Assembly (NCBI GenBank): GCA_963592135.1
Contig: CAVAVP010000031.1
Span: forward strand, 5,398 to 69,397
Direction: 5' to 3'
Source: a bacterium
Lineage (GTDB): Bacteria; Bacillota; Clostridia; Christensenellales; UBA3700
DNA length: 64,000 nucleotides
In this document: piece after piece, positions 29,057-39,122 of the stretch
Position numbering within the stretch: the first letter of the stretch is position 1
How the letters are laid out: every line of letters begins with the position of its first letter
The notes under the pieces: model-generated
Told to the model about the DNA's origin: nothing
Seen by the model: the letters and a program-made list of their open reading frames with translations, nothing else
Database searches by the model: none
Program-made: the position numbers and the translations under genes

Positions 29057-29749
29057 ATGACAGCAAAAATAGAAATGCATTTGCATGTAAAGGGAACTTC
29101 AAGTTGTGCGCATGTTGGTGTAAAAGGGATTATAAAGGAATATAAAGATAAAGGCTATAGCGGTATAGTTTGTACCAATCATTTTAATGAGACATCCTAT
29201 AAATATTTATGGGGTATAACAAATAATAGAAAAATAAAAACTTTTATTAAGGCTTTCGAGTCTCTTAAAGAGGAAGGATTAAAAAATAATATAAAAGTAT
29301 ATTTTGGTATGGAACTTGCACTTAAAGGTGAGGATTATAGTTTAATAAATAAAGAGTGTACAGAAGTTCTTGTTTATGGAATTACTAAAGAGGAATTTTT
29401 AGAATTACAAAAATCTATCGTTTATCTTTCTCATGAAGAATTAATGAGTATGGCTAACAAAAAAGGGTGGGTGCTTGTGCAATCACATCCATTTAGGCCT
29501 AGAACAAGAAGAGAAAAGTTTGTTCACGGAGCTGAGGTTATAAATACTCACACAAAACATGATAATAAAAATGATTTAGCAAAAGAATATGCTAAAGAAA
29601 ATAATTTTATTGAAACTTGCGGTAGTGACTATCACGATAAAGGAATGGCAAAAGGCTTTTTAGAGTTTGAAAGTGCTCCTTTTGATGAAAAGGAATTAGC
29701 AAAACTTTTAAGAGAAAGAAAATATAATATTCCAAATATTAATTGTTAA
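29057..29749 (+). CDS. PHP-domain metal-dependent phosphoesterase
   Basis: 230 aa. N-terminal EMHLHVKGTS (HxH), then ...NHFN..., SHPFR, GSDYHD, a PHP-like His/Asp pattern. Confidence 0.5.
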   Translation: MTAKIEMHLHVKGTSSCAHVGVKGIIKEYKDKGYSGIVCTNHFNETSYKYLWGITNNRKIKTFIKAFESLKEEGLKNNIKVYFGMELALKGEDYSLINKECTEVLVYGITKEEFLELQKSIVYLSHEELMSMANKKGWVLVQSHPFRPRTRREKFVHGAEVINTHTKHDNKNDLAKEYAKENNFIETCGSDYHDKGMAKGFLEFESAPFDEKELAKLLRERKYNIPNINC

Positions 29750-29759
29750 ATAAAATGTG

Positions 29760-29832
29760 CTTTAATGTAAGAAATTATATATGAGTTTTTAACCATAAAA
29801 ATTCTTAATAAGAAGTATTTTCTTACACTAAA
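29760..29832. terminator. Long-armed hairpin between convergent genes (probable bidirectional terminator)
   Basis: 15-nt arms CTTTAATGTAAGAAA / TTTCTTACACTAAAG (1 mismatch) around a 43-nt partly self-pairing loop. A T-run follows on the plus strand. Confidence 0.4.
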
Positions 29833-29843
29833 GACAATTTTTA

Positions 29844-31448
29844 TCAGCTCTTTATTTGATGTTTGCAAGCTGCAAGTACAAATTCTCTAAATAAAGGATG
29901 AGGGTGATTTGGACGAGATTTAAATTCTGGGTGATATTGTACACCTACAAAGAAATCCTCGTTTTCAATTTCAACTGTTTCAACTAAATGTCCATCTGGT
30001 GAAGTGCCAGTTACTTTTAGCCCACCTTTTATAAGTTCATCTCTATATTCGTTATTATATTCGTAACGATGTCTATGTCTTTCACTTATTTCAAGTTTTC
30101 CATAAGCCTTTTTCATTATAGAATTAGAAACTATTTTACAAGGATAAGCTCCAAGTCTCATAGTGCCGCCCTTTATTAAACCTTTTTGATCAGGCATTAA
30201 ATCTATAACTAAATGTTTGCTGTTTTCATCAAACTCTCTTGAATTAGCATCCAAATAACCAAGAACATGTCTTGCAAACTCGATAACAGTTATTTGCATA
30301 CCTAAACAAATTCCAAAATAAGGAACATGATTTTCTCTTGCATATTTGCATGCAGATATCATACCTTCAATTCCGCGATTGCCAAATCCTCCTGGCACAA
30401 TAATACCTCCACAATCTTTAAAAATTTCTGGAGCTGACTCTTTGGTTACATCATCGCTATTCACCCATTTTATAGTTAAGTTTCTTCCGGCAATATAACT
30501 TGCATGACTTAAGGCTTCAACAACGGATAAATAAGCATCGTGAAGTTTAACATATTTTCCAACAAGAGCAATTTTCACTTCACCTTCTCTTGCATGAATA
30601 GTATTAACCATATTCTCCCATGGCTTTATATTAATAGGCCTTTCTTCAAGTCCGAGTTCTCTTAATGCAACAACATCAAGTCCGTTTTTGTGCAACATTA
30701 AAGGTGCTTCATAAAGACAAGGCAGTGTAGTGTTTGAAATAACACAATCGACAGGGACATTACAAAATAGCGAAATTTTCTTTTTTATTCCTTCATCTAT
30801 TTCGCTATCTGTTCTTGTAACAATAATATCCGGTGAAATACCAAGAGACTGCATTTCTTTTACAGAATGTTGTGTAGGTTTTGTTTTAAACTCATCAGAT
30901 CCTGAAATGTATGGAACTAAACATACATGAATAAATAAGCAATTTCTTCTGCCTACCTCTAAGGATAGTTGGCGAATAGCCTCTAAAAATGGTTGAGATT
31001 CTATATCTCCTACTGTGCCTCCAATTTCAGTAATCATAATATCTGCTTTTGTGGTCTCGGCATTTTTCTTTATAAAAGCCTTAATTTCGTTTGTAACGTG
31101 AGGAATAATTTGTACCGTTTCGCCTAAGTATTCACCACGTCTTTCTTTATTTAAAACGTTCCAGTAAACTTTGCCTGAGGTTAGGTTAGAATATTTTGTT
31201 AAGTTTTCATCAATAAATCTTTCATAGTGTCCTAAGTCTAGGTCGGTTTCAGCACCATCTTCTGTTACATAAACCTCTCCATGTTGAAACGGAGACATAG
31301 TCCCTGGATCAACATTCATATATGGGTCTAATTTTTGAGAAGCAATTTTGTAGCCCCTTAATTTTAAAAGTCTACCTAAAGAGGCCGCAGTAATGCCTTT
31401 GCCTAATCCTGAAACAACACCACCAGTTACAAAAATAAATTTAGTCAT
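29844..31448 (-). CDS. pyrG: CTP synthase
   Basis: 534 aa. [31 protein letters not shown]. Confidence 0.9.
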   Translation of the reverse strand: MTKFIFVTGGVVSGLGKGITAASLGRLLKLRGYKIASQKLDPYMNVDPGTMSPFQHGEVYVTEDGAETDLDLGHYERFIDENLTKYSNLTSGKVYWNVLNKERRGEYLGETVQIIPHVTNEIKAFIKKNAETTKADIMITEIGGTVGDIESQPFLEAIRQLSLEVGRRNCLFIHVCLVPYISGSDEFKTKPTQHSVKEMQSLGISPDIIVTRTDSEIDEGIKKKISLFCNVPVDCVISNTTLPCLYEAPLMLHKNGLDVVALRELGLEERPINIKPWENMVNTIHAREGEVKIALVGKYVKLHDAYLSVVEALSHASYIAGRNLTIKWVNSDDVTKESAPEIFKDCGGIIVPGGFGNRGIEGMISACKYARENHVPYFGICLGMQITVIEFARHVLGYLDANSREFDENSKHLVIDLMPDQKGLIKGGTMRLGAYPCKIVSNSIMKKAYGKLEISERHRHRYEYNNEYRDELIKGGLKVTGTSPDGHLVETVEIENEDFFVGVQYHPEFKSRPNHPHPLFREFVLAACKHQIKS

Positions 31449-31470
31449 ATCATACTCTCCTTTATTGCTT

Positions 31471-32193
31471 TTAATTTGCTGTATATAATCTTTTATATGG
31501 GTTTGCAGAGTTTGGTTTTAACACAAAAAAATGCTCTTTCATTATTGAATTCGCGTTTAGATTAAAGTCACTTGCAAATTCTTCAATATATGTTTTTATT
31601 TCATTTAATTCATCAATGCCTGCATCTTCACAGTTTACTTGTGGAGGAAGTGGAGAAGTAATAGTTGTTCCTCTTAAAAATATTTTGCCACCATGCATGC
31701 CAACTCCTGTGAAATTTCCTACAATATCTTTATCTTGTTCAAGATTAAGAACAATTATTCTACCCCCGGCCATATACTCGCCTAAAAAAGAACCAACTTT
31801 TCCGCCAATTATAATTAAAGGAAATTTCTCCTTATATGCTTTCATATGTATGCCAGTTCTATATCCTGCATTGTTTCTTATAAATATTTTTCCGCCACGC
31901 ATGGCGTATCCAGTAGCATCACCAGCACATCCATGAACTATGATTTTTCCATCATTCATCGTATCTCCAACTGCATCTTGAACAGAACTATTAACAATTA
32001 TGTTGCATCCATCCATATATGAGGCTAGAGCATTACCAGGTACGCCATTTATAGTAATATTTTTACCATTAACTCCAGATGCTATATACCTTTGTCCTAC
32101 TATGTTATTTAAAACTATATCGCAATCATCGCTATGTCGAACGTATTCACATATTTCTTTGAAACCTAAATCTTTACAATCAATAATTTGCAT
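31471..32193 (-). CDS. Glutamate synthase GXGXG-domain subunit (GltB C-terminal domain as a separate protein)
   Basis: 240 aa of repeated G-x-G beta-helix motifs ([45 protein letters not shown]). Confidence 0.75.
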   Translation of the reverse strand: MQIIDCKDLGFKEICEYVRHSDDCDIVLNNIVGQRYIASGVNGKNITINGVPGNALASYMDGCNIIVNSSVQDAVGDTMNDGKIIVHGCAGDATGYAMRGGKIFIRNNAGYRTGIHMKAYKEKFPLIIIGGKVGSFLGEYMAGGRIIVLNLEQDKDIVGNFTGVGMHGGKIFLRGTTITSPLPPQVNCEDAGIDELNEIKTYIEEFASDFNLNANSIMKEHFFVLKPNSANPYKRLYTAN

Positions 32194-32202
32194 AAAATTC
32201 TC

Positions 32203-33708
32203 CTATTCGCCAGCGTGCATTATGCCTAGTATTTCTAATTCTTTTTCTGTCAAACCAATGCCGCGTAACATTAATCTATTGCCACGAAGAGCCTCTATAG
32301 AGTTTATCCCCATTCCGCCCATAATCTCTTTAATTTCATTAGTCCAAGCATTTATAAGATTTGTAAGTCTTACAACGCCTTCTTCAGGATTTAATCTCTT
32401 TGTCAATTCAGGTATTTGTGTTGCTATACCCCAGTTACATCTGCCTAGGTGACATGATCTACATAAATGACATCCAAGTGCCATAAGGGCAGCTGTTGCA
32501 ATATAACAAGCATCTGCACCAAGAGCTATTGCTTTAACAACATCAGAAGATGACCTTATAGAACCTCCAACAATTAAAGATACTTTATCTCTTATTCCTT
32601 CATCTCTAAGTCTTTTATCAACAGCAGCAAGTGCGAGTTCAATTGGAATTCCTACATTATCTCTAATTCTAGTAGGAGCAGCACCCGTTCCGCCTCTAAA
32701 TCCATCTATGGCAATAATATCAGCACCTGATCTTGCAACACCGGATGCTATTACTGCCACATTATGTACAGCTGCTATTTTTACAATAACGGGTTTTTTG
32801 TATTCGGAAGCTTCCTTTAGAGAGTAAACTAATTGTCTTAAATCTTCGATTGAATATATATCATGATGTGGAGCAGGAGATATTGCGTCACTGCCATGAG
32901 GAATCATTCTTGTTCTTGAAACATCTTCGCTTACTTTAGAGCCAGGTAAATGTCCACCAATTCCTGGTTTAGCGCCTTGTCCCATTTTTATTTCAATTGC
33001 AGCTCCTGCATTTAAAAAGTCTTTATTTACTCCAAAACGACCTGATGCAACTTGAACTATTGTGTTAGGACCATATTTATAAAAATCCTCATGAAGACCG
33101 CCTTCACCAGTATTATATAAAATGCCTAATTCTTCAGCAGCCTTTGCAAGGGAAGCATGCGCGTTATAACTTATAGAACCATAACTCATGGCAGAAAACA
33201 TTATAGGCGTGGATAATTCTATTTTTGGTGGTAAGTTATTTATAATTTTTCCATTTTTGTCTCTTAAAATTTCAGAAGGTTTTGCGCCTAAAAAGGTTTT
33301 AGTTTCCATTGGCTCACGAAGCGGGTCAATTGGTGGATTTGTAACTTGAGAAGCATTGATTAATATTTTATCCCAATATACCGGATAATTTTCAGGATTT
33401 CCCATTGATGACAGCAAAACACCGCCTGTTGTTGCTTGTCTATAAATTGAATTGATATTTGCGCTAGACCAGTTTGAATCCTCTCTAAATACATTGTTGG
33501 ATTTAACTATTTTAAGAGCATGTGTAGGACATAACGCAACACATCTATGACAATTTACACATTTTGTTTCATCTGCAAGCATTATATTATGTTCACTGTC
33601 AAAGGTGTGAACTTCATTTGAGCATTGAGATTCACAAAGTCTACATTTTGTACATCTATTGTCATTTCTTTCTATTTCATATTGAGGTTCAATAAGATGA
33701 ATTGCCAT
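32203..33708 (-). CDS. Glutamate synthase FMN/Fe-S domain subunit with an N-terminal 2x[4Fe-4S] ferredoxin domain
   Basis: CTKCRLCESQC and CVNCHRCVALCP, then GltB domain-2 motifs (ISPAPHHDIYSIEDL, GGTGAAP, CHLCRSCHLGRC). Confidence 0.8.
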   Translation of the reverse strand: MAIHLIEPQYEIERNDNRCTKCRLCESQCSNEVHTFDSEHNIMLADETKCVNCHRCVALCPTHALKIVKSNNVFREDSNWSSANINSIYRQATTGGVLLSSMGNPENYPVYWDKILINASQVTNPPIDPLREPMETKTFLGAKPSEILRDKNGKIINNLPPKIELSTPIMFSAMSYGSISYNAHASLAKAAEELGILYNTGEGGLHEDFYKYGPNTIVQVASGRFGVNKDFLNAGAAIEIKMGQGAKPGIGGHLPGSKVSEDVSRTRMIPHGSDAISPAPHHDIYSIEDLRQLVYSLKEASEYKKPVIVKIAAVHNVAVIASGVARSGADIIAIDGFRGGTGAAPTRIRDNVGIPIELALAAVDKRLRDEGIRDKVSLIVGGSIRSSSDVVKAIALGADACYIATAALMALGCHLCRSCHLGRCNWGIATQIPELTKRLNPEEGVVRLTNLINAWTNEIKEIMGGMGINSIEALRGNRLMLRGIGLTEKELEILGIMHAGE

Positions 33709-33709
33709 A

Positions 33710-34798
33710 TTATTTTACCTCCTTATTAACTTTAATAATTATCGCTTCTCCACCTTTAGGGTAGTATGTATTATAAGCATCAGGACATATTTGTCTAATA
33801 GCACTTTCTTCGCTAGATATATATTTCATATCGTTTTTTTCTGCTATTACCATTGAACGTAGCTTAAGTCTATCATTAAGAGCCATAAGTCCCCCAGTAA
33901 AGCCTACAATAATAGAAAAAGGTCCAGTAATTAACTGTGAAGAGAATACATTTCTTAAAAATTTTTCTTTTTCTTGTTCTTCTTTTGGCATTTTTTCAAT
34001 TGTGTCCCAAAATGGTGCGGCTATTACACCGGCTGTTTCTTTTAGTGTAAGACCCTTTTTCCTTGTTAGGTAATCAATTATGTAAGTTATAACTTCAGTG
34101 TCTGTTTGAAGTGTGCATTTATAGCCATACATTTCCATGGCTCGTTTATTTGCATCATATGAGGATATCTCGCCGTTATGGACTACAGATAAATCTAAAA
34201 GCGAAAATGGATGAGCGCCACCCCACCACCCAGGAGTATTTGTTGGGTATCTGCCATGAGCAGTAAAGGAATAACCTTCATATGAATCTAACATATAAAA
34301 TCTTCCAACATCTTCTGGAAATCCTACTGCTTTAAAAATGCCCATATTTTTCCCTGACGAAAAAATATAAGCACCATTTATTTCAGTATTAATTTTAAAA
34401 ACTGATCTAAAAACATAATCATCTTCTTTTAGTTGAGCAGCATCTAATTTTGTTTTTAGGGGAGTAACAAAGTATCTCCAAATCAGTGGTGCATCTGTAA
34501 TTTCTCTTATTTGTTTTGTAGGAATTTTAGAAAGATTTACAATATCATAGTATTCTTCTATATATTCCTCGCATTGTTTTTTTGAAAGAGAGTCTGAATA
34601 AAAAATATGAAAAGCGTAATAATCTTTATACTCTGGATATATTCCATAGGCGGCAAAACCGCCTCCAAGACCATTTGACCTATCGTGCATAACAGCTATT
34701 GATTTAATAATATCTTCGCCAGAAAATTTTCTTCCACTAGTTGAAATCATGGCAGCAACAGCACAACCGGATGGATTACGAAATTGACCCTCTAACAT
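33710..34798 (-). CDS. Glutamate synthase class II (Ntn) glutamine amidotransferase subunit
   Basis: 362 aa with an Ntn Cys after an 11-residue propeptide (..NPSG-CAV), then HGRYPTNT and HNGEI motifs. Confidence 0.75.
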   Translation of the reverse strand: MLEGQFRNPSGCAVAAMISTSGRKFSGEDIIKSIAVMHDRSNGLGGGFAAYGIYPEYKDYYAFHIFYSDSLSKKQCEEYIEEYYDIVNLSKIPTKQIREITDAPLIWRYFVTPLKTKLDAAQLKEDDYVFRSVFKINTEINGAYIFSSGKNMGIFKAVGFPEDVGRFYMLDSYEGYSFTAHGRYPTNTPGWWGGAHPFSLLDLSVVHNGEISSYDANKRAMEMYGYKCTLQTDTEVITYIIDYLTRKKGLTLKETAGVIAAPFWDTIEKMPKEEQEKEKFLRNVFSSQLITGPFSIIVGFTGGLMALNDRLKLRSMVIAEKNDMKYISSEESAIRQICPDAYNTYYPKGGEAIIIKVNKEVK

Positions 34799-34834
34799 AT
34801 ATCTCTCCTTATTTTTTTAAGCCTTATATCTTAC

Positions 34835-34878
34835 AAAAAAAAATAGGCGTCAATCTTCCATATGGTTGATTGAACGCC
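34835..34878 (-). terminator. Intrinsic terminator inside the 5' leader of the split-GOGAT operon (attenuator)
   Basis: Minus strand: GGCGT(T)CAATC...GATTGACGCC followed by TATTTTTTTTT. It lies between the promoter and the RBS. Confidence 0.7.
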
Positions 34879-34910
34879 ATTGTTCGTTGTTTGATAAAAA
34901 ATATATTTTG

Positions 34911-34939
34911 ATTTTATGATTTTCAAAAACACTTGTCAA
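34911..34939 (-). promoter_or_regulatory. Promoter of the split-GOGAT/pyrG operon
   Basis: Minus strand: TTGACA, 17 nt spacer, TAAAAT. Confidence 0.6.
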
Positions 34940-35060
34940 TTACAAATAGCATTTTTTTAGATAGATTTTTCCTTGATATATTGCCAATATTTATATAAAA
35001 TATTGATGGAGAGAACAGCGATATTTTTGTTGTATTTTACAAAAAAAAAAGAAAAAATTG

Positions 35061-35089
35061 TTGACACAAAAAATAAGTCTTGGTATATT
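35061..35089 (+). promoter_or_regulatory. Promoter of the type III glutamine synthetase gene
   Basis: TTGACA, 17 nt spacer, TATATT. Confidence 0.6.
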
Positions 35090-35113
35090 ATAGCCATATA
35101 AATAAGTCAGCAA

Positions 35114-35150
35114 GGCGCTGTGGATTAATGTATCCATAGTGCCCTTTTTT
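35114..35150 (+). terminator. Intrinsic terminator inside the 5' leader of the type III GS gene (attenuator)
   Basis: 12-bp stem GGCGCTGTGGAT / ATCCATAGTGCC (two G-U pairs), loop TAATGT, then CTTTTTT, about 45 nt before the ATG. Confidence 0.7.
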
Positions 35151-35195
35151 ATTTATGAAAACAACAAAGATTAACTTTTAAGGAGAAATATAAAT

Positions 35196-37283
35196 ATGAC
35201 AAACATTCCAGAATTATTTGGCTCAATGGTATTCAATGATTCGGTAATGAAAGAAAGATTACCTCATGAAACTTACAAAGCAATGCATAAGACCATTCAA
35301 GAAGGTCAATCATTGGATATAACAGTTGCAAATGTAGTTGCTAATGCTATGAAGGATTGGGCAATTGAAAAGGGTGCAACTCATTACACTCACTGGTTCC
35401 AACCTATGACTGGTGTTACCGCAGAAAAGCATGATAGTTTTATTTCACCAACAAAAGAGGGAAATATAATAATGGAGTTTTCTGGAAAAGAATTGATTAA
35501 AGGAGAACCAGATGCTTCATCATTCCCATCAGGAGGTTTAAGAGCAACCGCAGAAGCTCGTGGGTATACAGCCTGGGATCCAACATCTTATGCTTTTATT
35601 AAAGATAAATGTTTATGTATTCCAACAGCCTTTTGTTCATATACAGGGGAAGCCTTAGATAAAAAGACTCCACTTTTACGTTCTATGGCTGCAATTAATA
35701 AGCAAGCTTTAAGAATTTTAAAATTATTTGGAGACCCCGCAACTAAAGTTTCTACAACAGTAGGACCTGAACAAGAATATTTCTTAATTGATGAAGACAT
35801 ATACGAAAAAAGAAAAGATTTAATTTATACAGGTCGTACATTATTTGGTGCTCCAGCTCCAAAGGGGCAAGAAATGGAAGATCACTACTTTGGTGTTATT
35901 AAGCCTAGAGTTCAAGCTTTTATGGACGATTTAAATGTGGAGTGTTGGAAACTTGGTATTTTAGCAAAAACAGAGCACAACGAAGTTGCACCTGCTCAAC
36001 ATGAATTGGCTCCAATTTTCTCAACAACAAATATTGCAACAGACCATAACCAAATCTTAATGGAGTTATTACAAAAAGTTGCAAAGAAACATCACATGGT
36101 ATGTTTGCTTCATGAAAAGCCATTTGATGGAGTAAACGGTTCAGGCAAACATAATAACTGGTCTATAGGAACAGATAAAGCAAACTTATTAGAGCCAGGT
36201 GAAACACCAGCAGAAAATGCAAAATTCTTGGTATTTTTAGCTGCTGTAATTAAGGCTGTTGACGAGTATCAAGATTTACTTAGAATCTCTGTTGCATCTG
36301 CAGGAAATGACCATAGATTGGGCGCTAATGAAGCACCTCCAGCTATTGTTTCAATGTTTGTTGGTGATGAACTTCAAGCAGTACTTGATTCAATCGAAAG
36401 CGGTATTAAATATGAGGGCAAAAAGAGAGTTCAAATGAAAATTGGTGTAGATGTTTTGCCAAAGTTCCCTAAGGATACTACAGATAGAAACAGAACCTCG
36501 CCATTTGCATTTACTGGAAACAAATTTGAGTTCCGTATGGTAGGATCTGCAGATTCAATTGCTTGTGCAAATATTATGATTAATACAGCAGTGGCTGAAG
36601 AATTAAGACAATTTGCAGACGAACTTGAAAAGGCAACAGATTTCCAAACAGCGTTAAATTCATTGGTTAAAAAGACTATTAAAGAACATAAGAGAATTAT
36701 CTTTAACGGAAATGGCTATGACGATGCATGGATAAAAGAAGCAGAAAAGAGAGGACTTTTAAACTTAAAGACAACTCCTGAAGCTTTGGTTAGATATACT
36801 GATAAGAAAAATCTTGAATTATTTAAAATTCATGAAGTATATACTGAAACTGAAGTTAAGGCAAGACAAGAAATCTTATTTGAAAACTATGCAAAATTAA
36901 TCAATATTGAAGCATTAACAATGATTCAAATGGTTAAAAAGTCTATTTTGCCTGCCATATCTTCTTACTCAAAAGAAATCGCTGATACAATTTTAAAGAA
37001 GAAGGAAGCAATTAAGGATATAGATTGTTCATATGAGGAATTACAATTAAAGAAAATGTCAAAATATAGTGCAAAGATGCTTGAAGATGTTCAATCACTA
37101 GAGGCTGCTGAAAAGAAAGCATTTAGGATTGAAGAAGCACAAGATAGAGCAATGAGCTTTATGCAAGAAGTTTTACCTTTAATGTCAGCAGTTAGAGCAA
37201 GTTCAGATGCACTAGAAACTACTGTTTCTAAGAAGTGTTGGCCTTTCCCGACATACGGAGACATCTTATTCTCAGTAAAATAA
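35196..37283 (+). CDS. glnN: Glutamine synthetase type III
   Basis: 695 aa, N-terminal [32 protein letters not shown] and [16 protein letters not shown] motifs characteristic of GSIII. Confidence 0.9.
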   Translation: MTNIPELFGSMVFNDSVMKERLPHETYKAMHKTIQEGQSLDITVANVVANAMKDWAIEKGATHYTHWFQPMTGVTAEKHDSFISPTKEGNIIMEFSGKELIKGEPDASSFPSGGLRATAEARGYTAWDPTSYAFIKDKCLCIPTAFCSYTGEALDKKTPLLRSMAAINKQALRILKLFGDPATKVSTTVGPEQEYFLIDEDIYEKRKDLIYTGRTLFGAPAPKGQEMEDHYFGVIKPRVQAFMDDLNVECWKLGILAKTEHNEVAPAQHELAPIFSTTNIATDHNQILMELLQKVAKKHHMVCLLHEKPFDGVNGSGKHNNWSIGTDKANLLEPGETPAENAKFLVFLAAVIKAVDEYQDLLRISVASAGNDHRLGANEAPPAIVSMFVGDELQAVLDSIESGIKYEGKKRVQMKIGVDVLPKFPKDTTDRNRTSPFAFTGNKFEFRMVGSADSIACANIMINTAVAEELRQFADELEKATDFQTALNSLVKKTIKEHKRIIFNGNGYDDAWIKEAEKRGLLNLKTTPEALVRYTDKKNLELFKIHEVYTETEVKARQEILFENYAKLINIEALTMIQMVKKSILPAISSYSKEIADTILKKKEAIKDIDCSYEELQLKKMSKYSAKMLEDVQSLEAAEKKAFRIEEAQDRAMSFMQEVLPLMSAVRASSDALETTVSKKCWPFPTYGDILFSVK

Positions 37284-37320
37284 AAAGAGAATAAAACTAT
37301 AATATAAAAACGCAATGGTT

Positions 37321-37356
37321 GCGAGATTTAGTTTAGGCTAAATCTCGCATTTTTTT
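37321..37356 (+). terminator. Intrinsic terminator between glnN and asnB (terminator/attenuator)
   Basis: GCGAGATTTAG / CTAAATCTCGC stem, loop TTTAGG, then ATTTTTTT. Only 33 nt remain before the asnB ATG, with no promoter in between. Confidence 0.7.
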
Positions 37357-37389
37357 AAGAGAGAAATAAATATTAGGAGAGAAGTAGAT

Positions 37390-38973
37390 ATGTGTTCAAT
37401 TATGGGAATCGAAGGGTATGAAATACCACTAGAGGAATTTAAAAAGAGTTTTGATAAAACTATATCAAGAGGACCAGATATGTCAAAGGTTATTGACATA
37501 GGTTTAGGATATTTAGGTTTTCATAGATTAGCAATTATGGGTCTAACAAAAGAAGGTATGCAACCAATGTCTTTAAATGATGAATATGTTGTATGCAATG
37601 GTGAAATTTATGGTTTTAGAAAAATAAAGGAAGTATTAGAAATAGAAGGATATAAATTTAAAAGCGATTCAGACTGCGAGATATTATTACCACTTTATGA
37701 AAAATATGGTGTAGAGATGTTTAAAAAATTAGATGCAGAGTTTGCTTGCATAATTTTTGATTCGAAAACAAAAGAGTTTATAGCAGCAAGAGATCCGATT
37801 GGCATAAGACCACTTTTTTATGGGTATACAAAGGGTGGAAAAATAATGTTTGCAAGTGAAGCTAAAAACTTAATGGGACTTACGGATAAAATAATGCCAT
37901 TTCCACCAGGTCATTATTATAAAAATGGAAAATTTATTTGTTATAGAGATGTAACAAAAGTGGATAAATACAACTATGATGGTTTAGAAAGTATTTGTAA
38001 GAACATTAAAGAAAAACTAATTACAGGCATCGAAAAAAGACTAGATGCTGATGCACCACTTGGGTTTTTGTTATCTGGCGGATTAGATAGTTCTCTTGTT
38101 TGCGCAGTGTCAGCAAAAATACTTGGAAAGAAAATTAAAACATACGCAATAGGTATGAGTGAAGATGCTATAGATTTAAAGTATGCAAAACAAGTTGCTG
38201 AGTATATAGGCTCTGATCATCATGAGATTATAATCACAAAAGAAGATGTTTTATCCTCACTAGAGAAAGTAGTAGAAATTCTAGGTACTTTTGATATAAC
38301 AACAATACGTGCTTCTATGGGAATGTATTTAATTTGTAAAGCAATTCATGAACAAACTGATATAAGAGTTTTGTTAACAGGTGAGATATCCGATGAATTG
38401 TTTGGATATAAATATACAGATTTTGCGCCAAATGCTGAAGAATTCCAAAAAGAATCGGTAAAAAGAGTTAAGGAATTATATATGTATGACGTGCTTCGCG
38501 CAGATAGGTGTATAAGTGTAAATTCGCTTGAAGCAAGGGTTCCTTTTGGAGATTTAGATTTTGTTGAGTATGTTATGAGTATAGATCCTGATAAAAAAAT
38601 GAATAAATATAATATGGGTAAATATTTATTAAGACATGCATTCGAAGATACGCACTGCTTGCCGGATGCTATATTGTTTAGGGATAAAGCTGCATTTTCG
38701 GATGCAGTAGGGCATTCTCTTGTAAATTATCTAAAGGCATATGCTGAAATTGTCTATACAGATGAGGAATATGAAAAATTAAGAAAGAAATATACACATG
38801 CTACACCATTTACAAAGGAATCTTTGCTTTATAGAGAAATCTTTGAGAAATACTATAAAGATCAAGGTGAAATGGTAGTAGATTTTTGGATGCCAAATAA
38901 ATCTTGGGAAGGGTGTAATGTAAACGACCCATCAGCAAGAGTACTTTCTAACTATGGCAACAGCGGAAAATAA
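37390..38973 (+). CDS. asnB: Asparagine synthase (glutamine-hydrolysing)
   Basis: MC-SIMG Ntn Cys2 and the PP-loop FLLSGGLDSS. Confidence 0.85.
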   Translation: MCSIMGIEGYEIPLEEFKKSFDKTISRGPDMSKVIDIGLGYLGFHRLAIMGLTKEGMQPMSLNDEYVVCNGEIYGFRKIKEVLEIEGYKFKSDSDCEILLPLYEKYGVEMFKKLDAEFACIIFDSKTKEFIAARDPIGIRPLFYGYTKGGKIMFASEAKNLMGLTDKIMPFPPGHYYKNGKFICYRDVTKVDKYNYDGLESICKNIKEKLITGIEKRLDADAPLGFLLSGGLDSSLVCAVSAKILGKKIKTYAIGMSEDAIDLKYAKQVAEYIGSDHHEIIITKEDVLSSLEKVVEILGTFDITTIRASMGMYLICKAIHEQTDIRVLLTGEISDELFGYKYTDFAPNAEEFQKESVKRVKELYMYDVLRADRCISVNSLEARVPFGDLDFVEYVMSIDPDKKMNKYNMGKYLLRHAFEDTHCLPDAILFRDKAAFSDAVGHSLVNYLKAYAEIVYTDEEYEKLRKKYTHATPFTKESLLYREIFEKYYKDQGEMVVDFWMPNKSWEGCNVNDPSARVLSNYGNSGK

Positions 38974-38996
38974 TTGTTTCAAATTATTTCTCTCTA

Positions 38997-39040
38997 TACC
39001 GACGCTCAGTTCTCTCCCATGATGAGCGCCGGTACTTTTA
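38997..39040 (+). terminator. Terminator after asnB
   Basis: TACCGACGCTCA / TGAGCGCCGGTA stem (1 mismatch) plus CTTTT. Confidence 0.55.
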
Positions 39041-39065
39041 TGAAAGTAGAATAAATTGTAATTTG

Positions 39066-39094
39066 TTGAATAGTGAATTGCTTTTTATTATAAT
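39066..39094 (+). promoter_or_regulatory. Promoter of the GS-like / ANTAR operon
   Basis: TTGAAT, 17 nt spacer, TATAAT, 28 nt before the ATG at 39123. There is no leader terminator here. Confidence 0.6.
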
Positions 39095-39122
39095 AATTAA
39101 AAATAAAAACACGAGGTGTGTT

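Noticed and set aside
34872-37323. Canonical two-hairpin ANTAR target motif (P1 plus P2, both hexaloops)
   Set aside because: I could find only one A..G-loop hairpin per leader, and no convincing upstream P1. I therefore report a single-hairpin variant and do not claim the published dual-hairpin motif.
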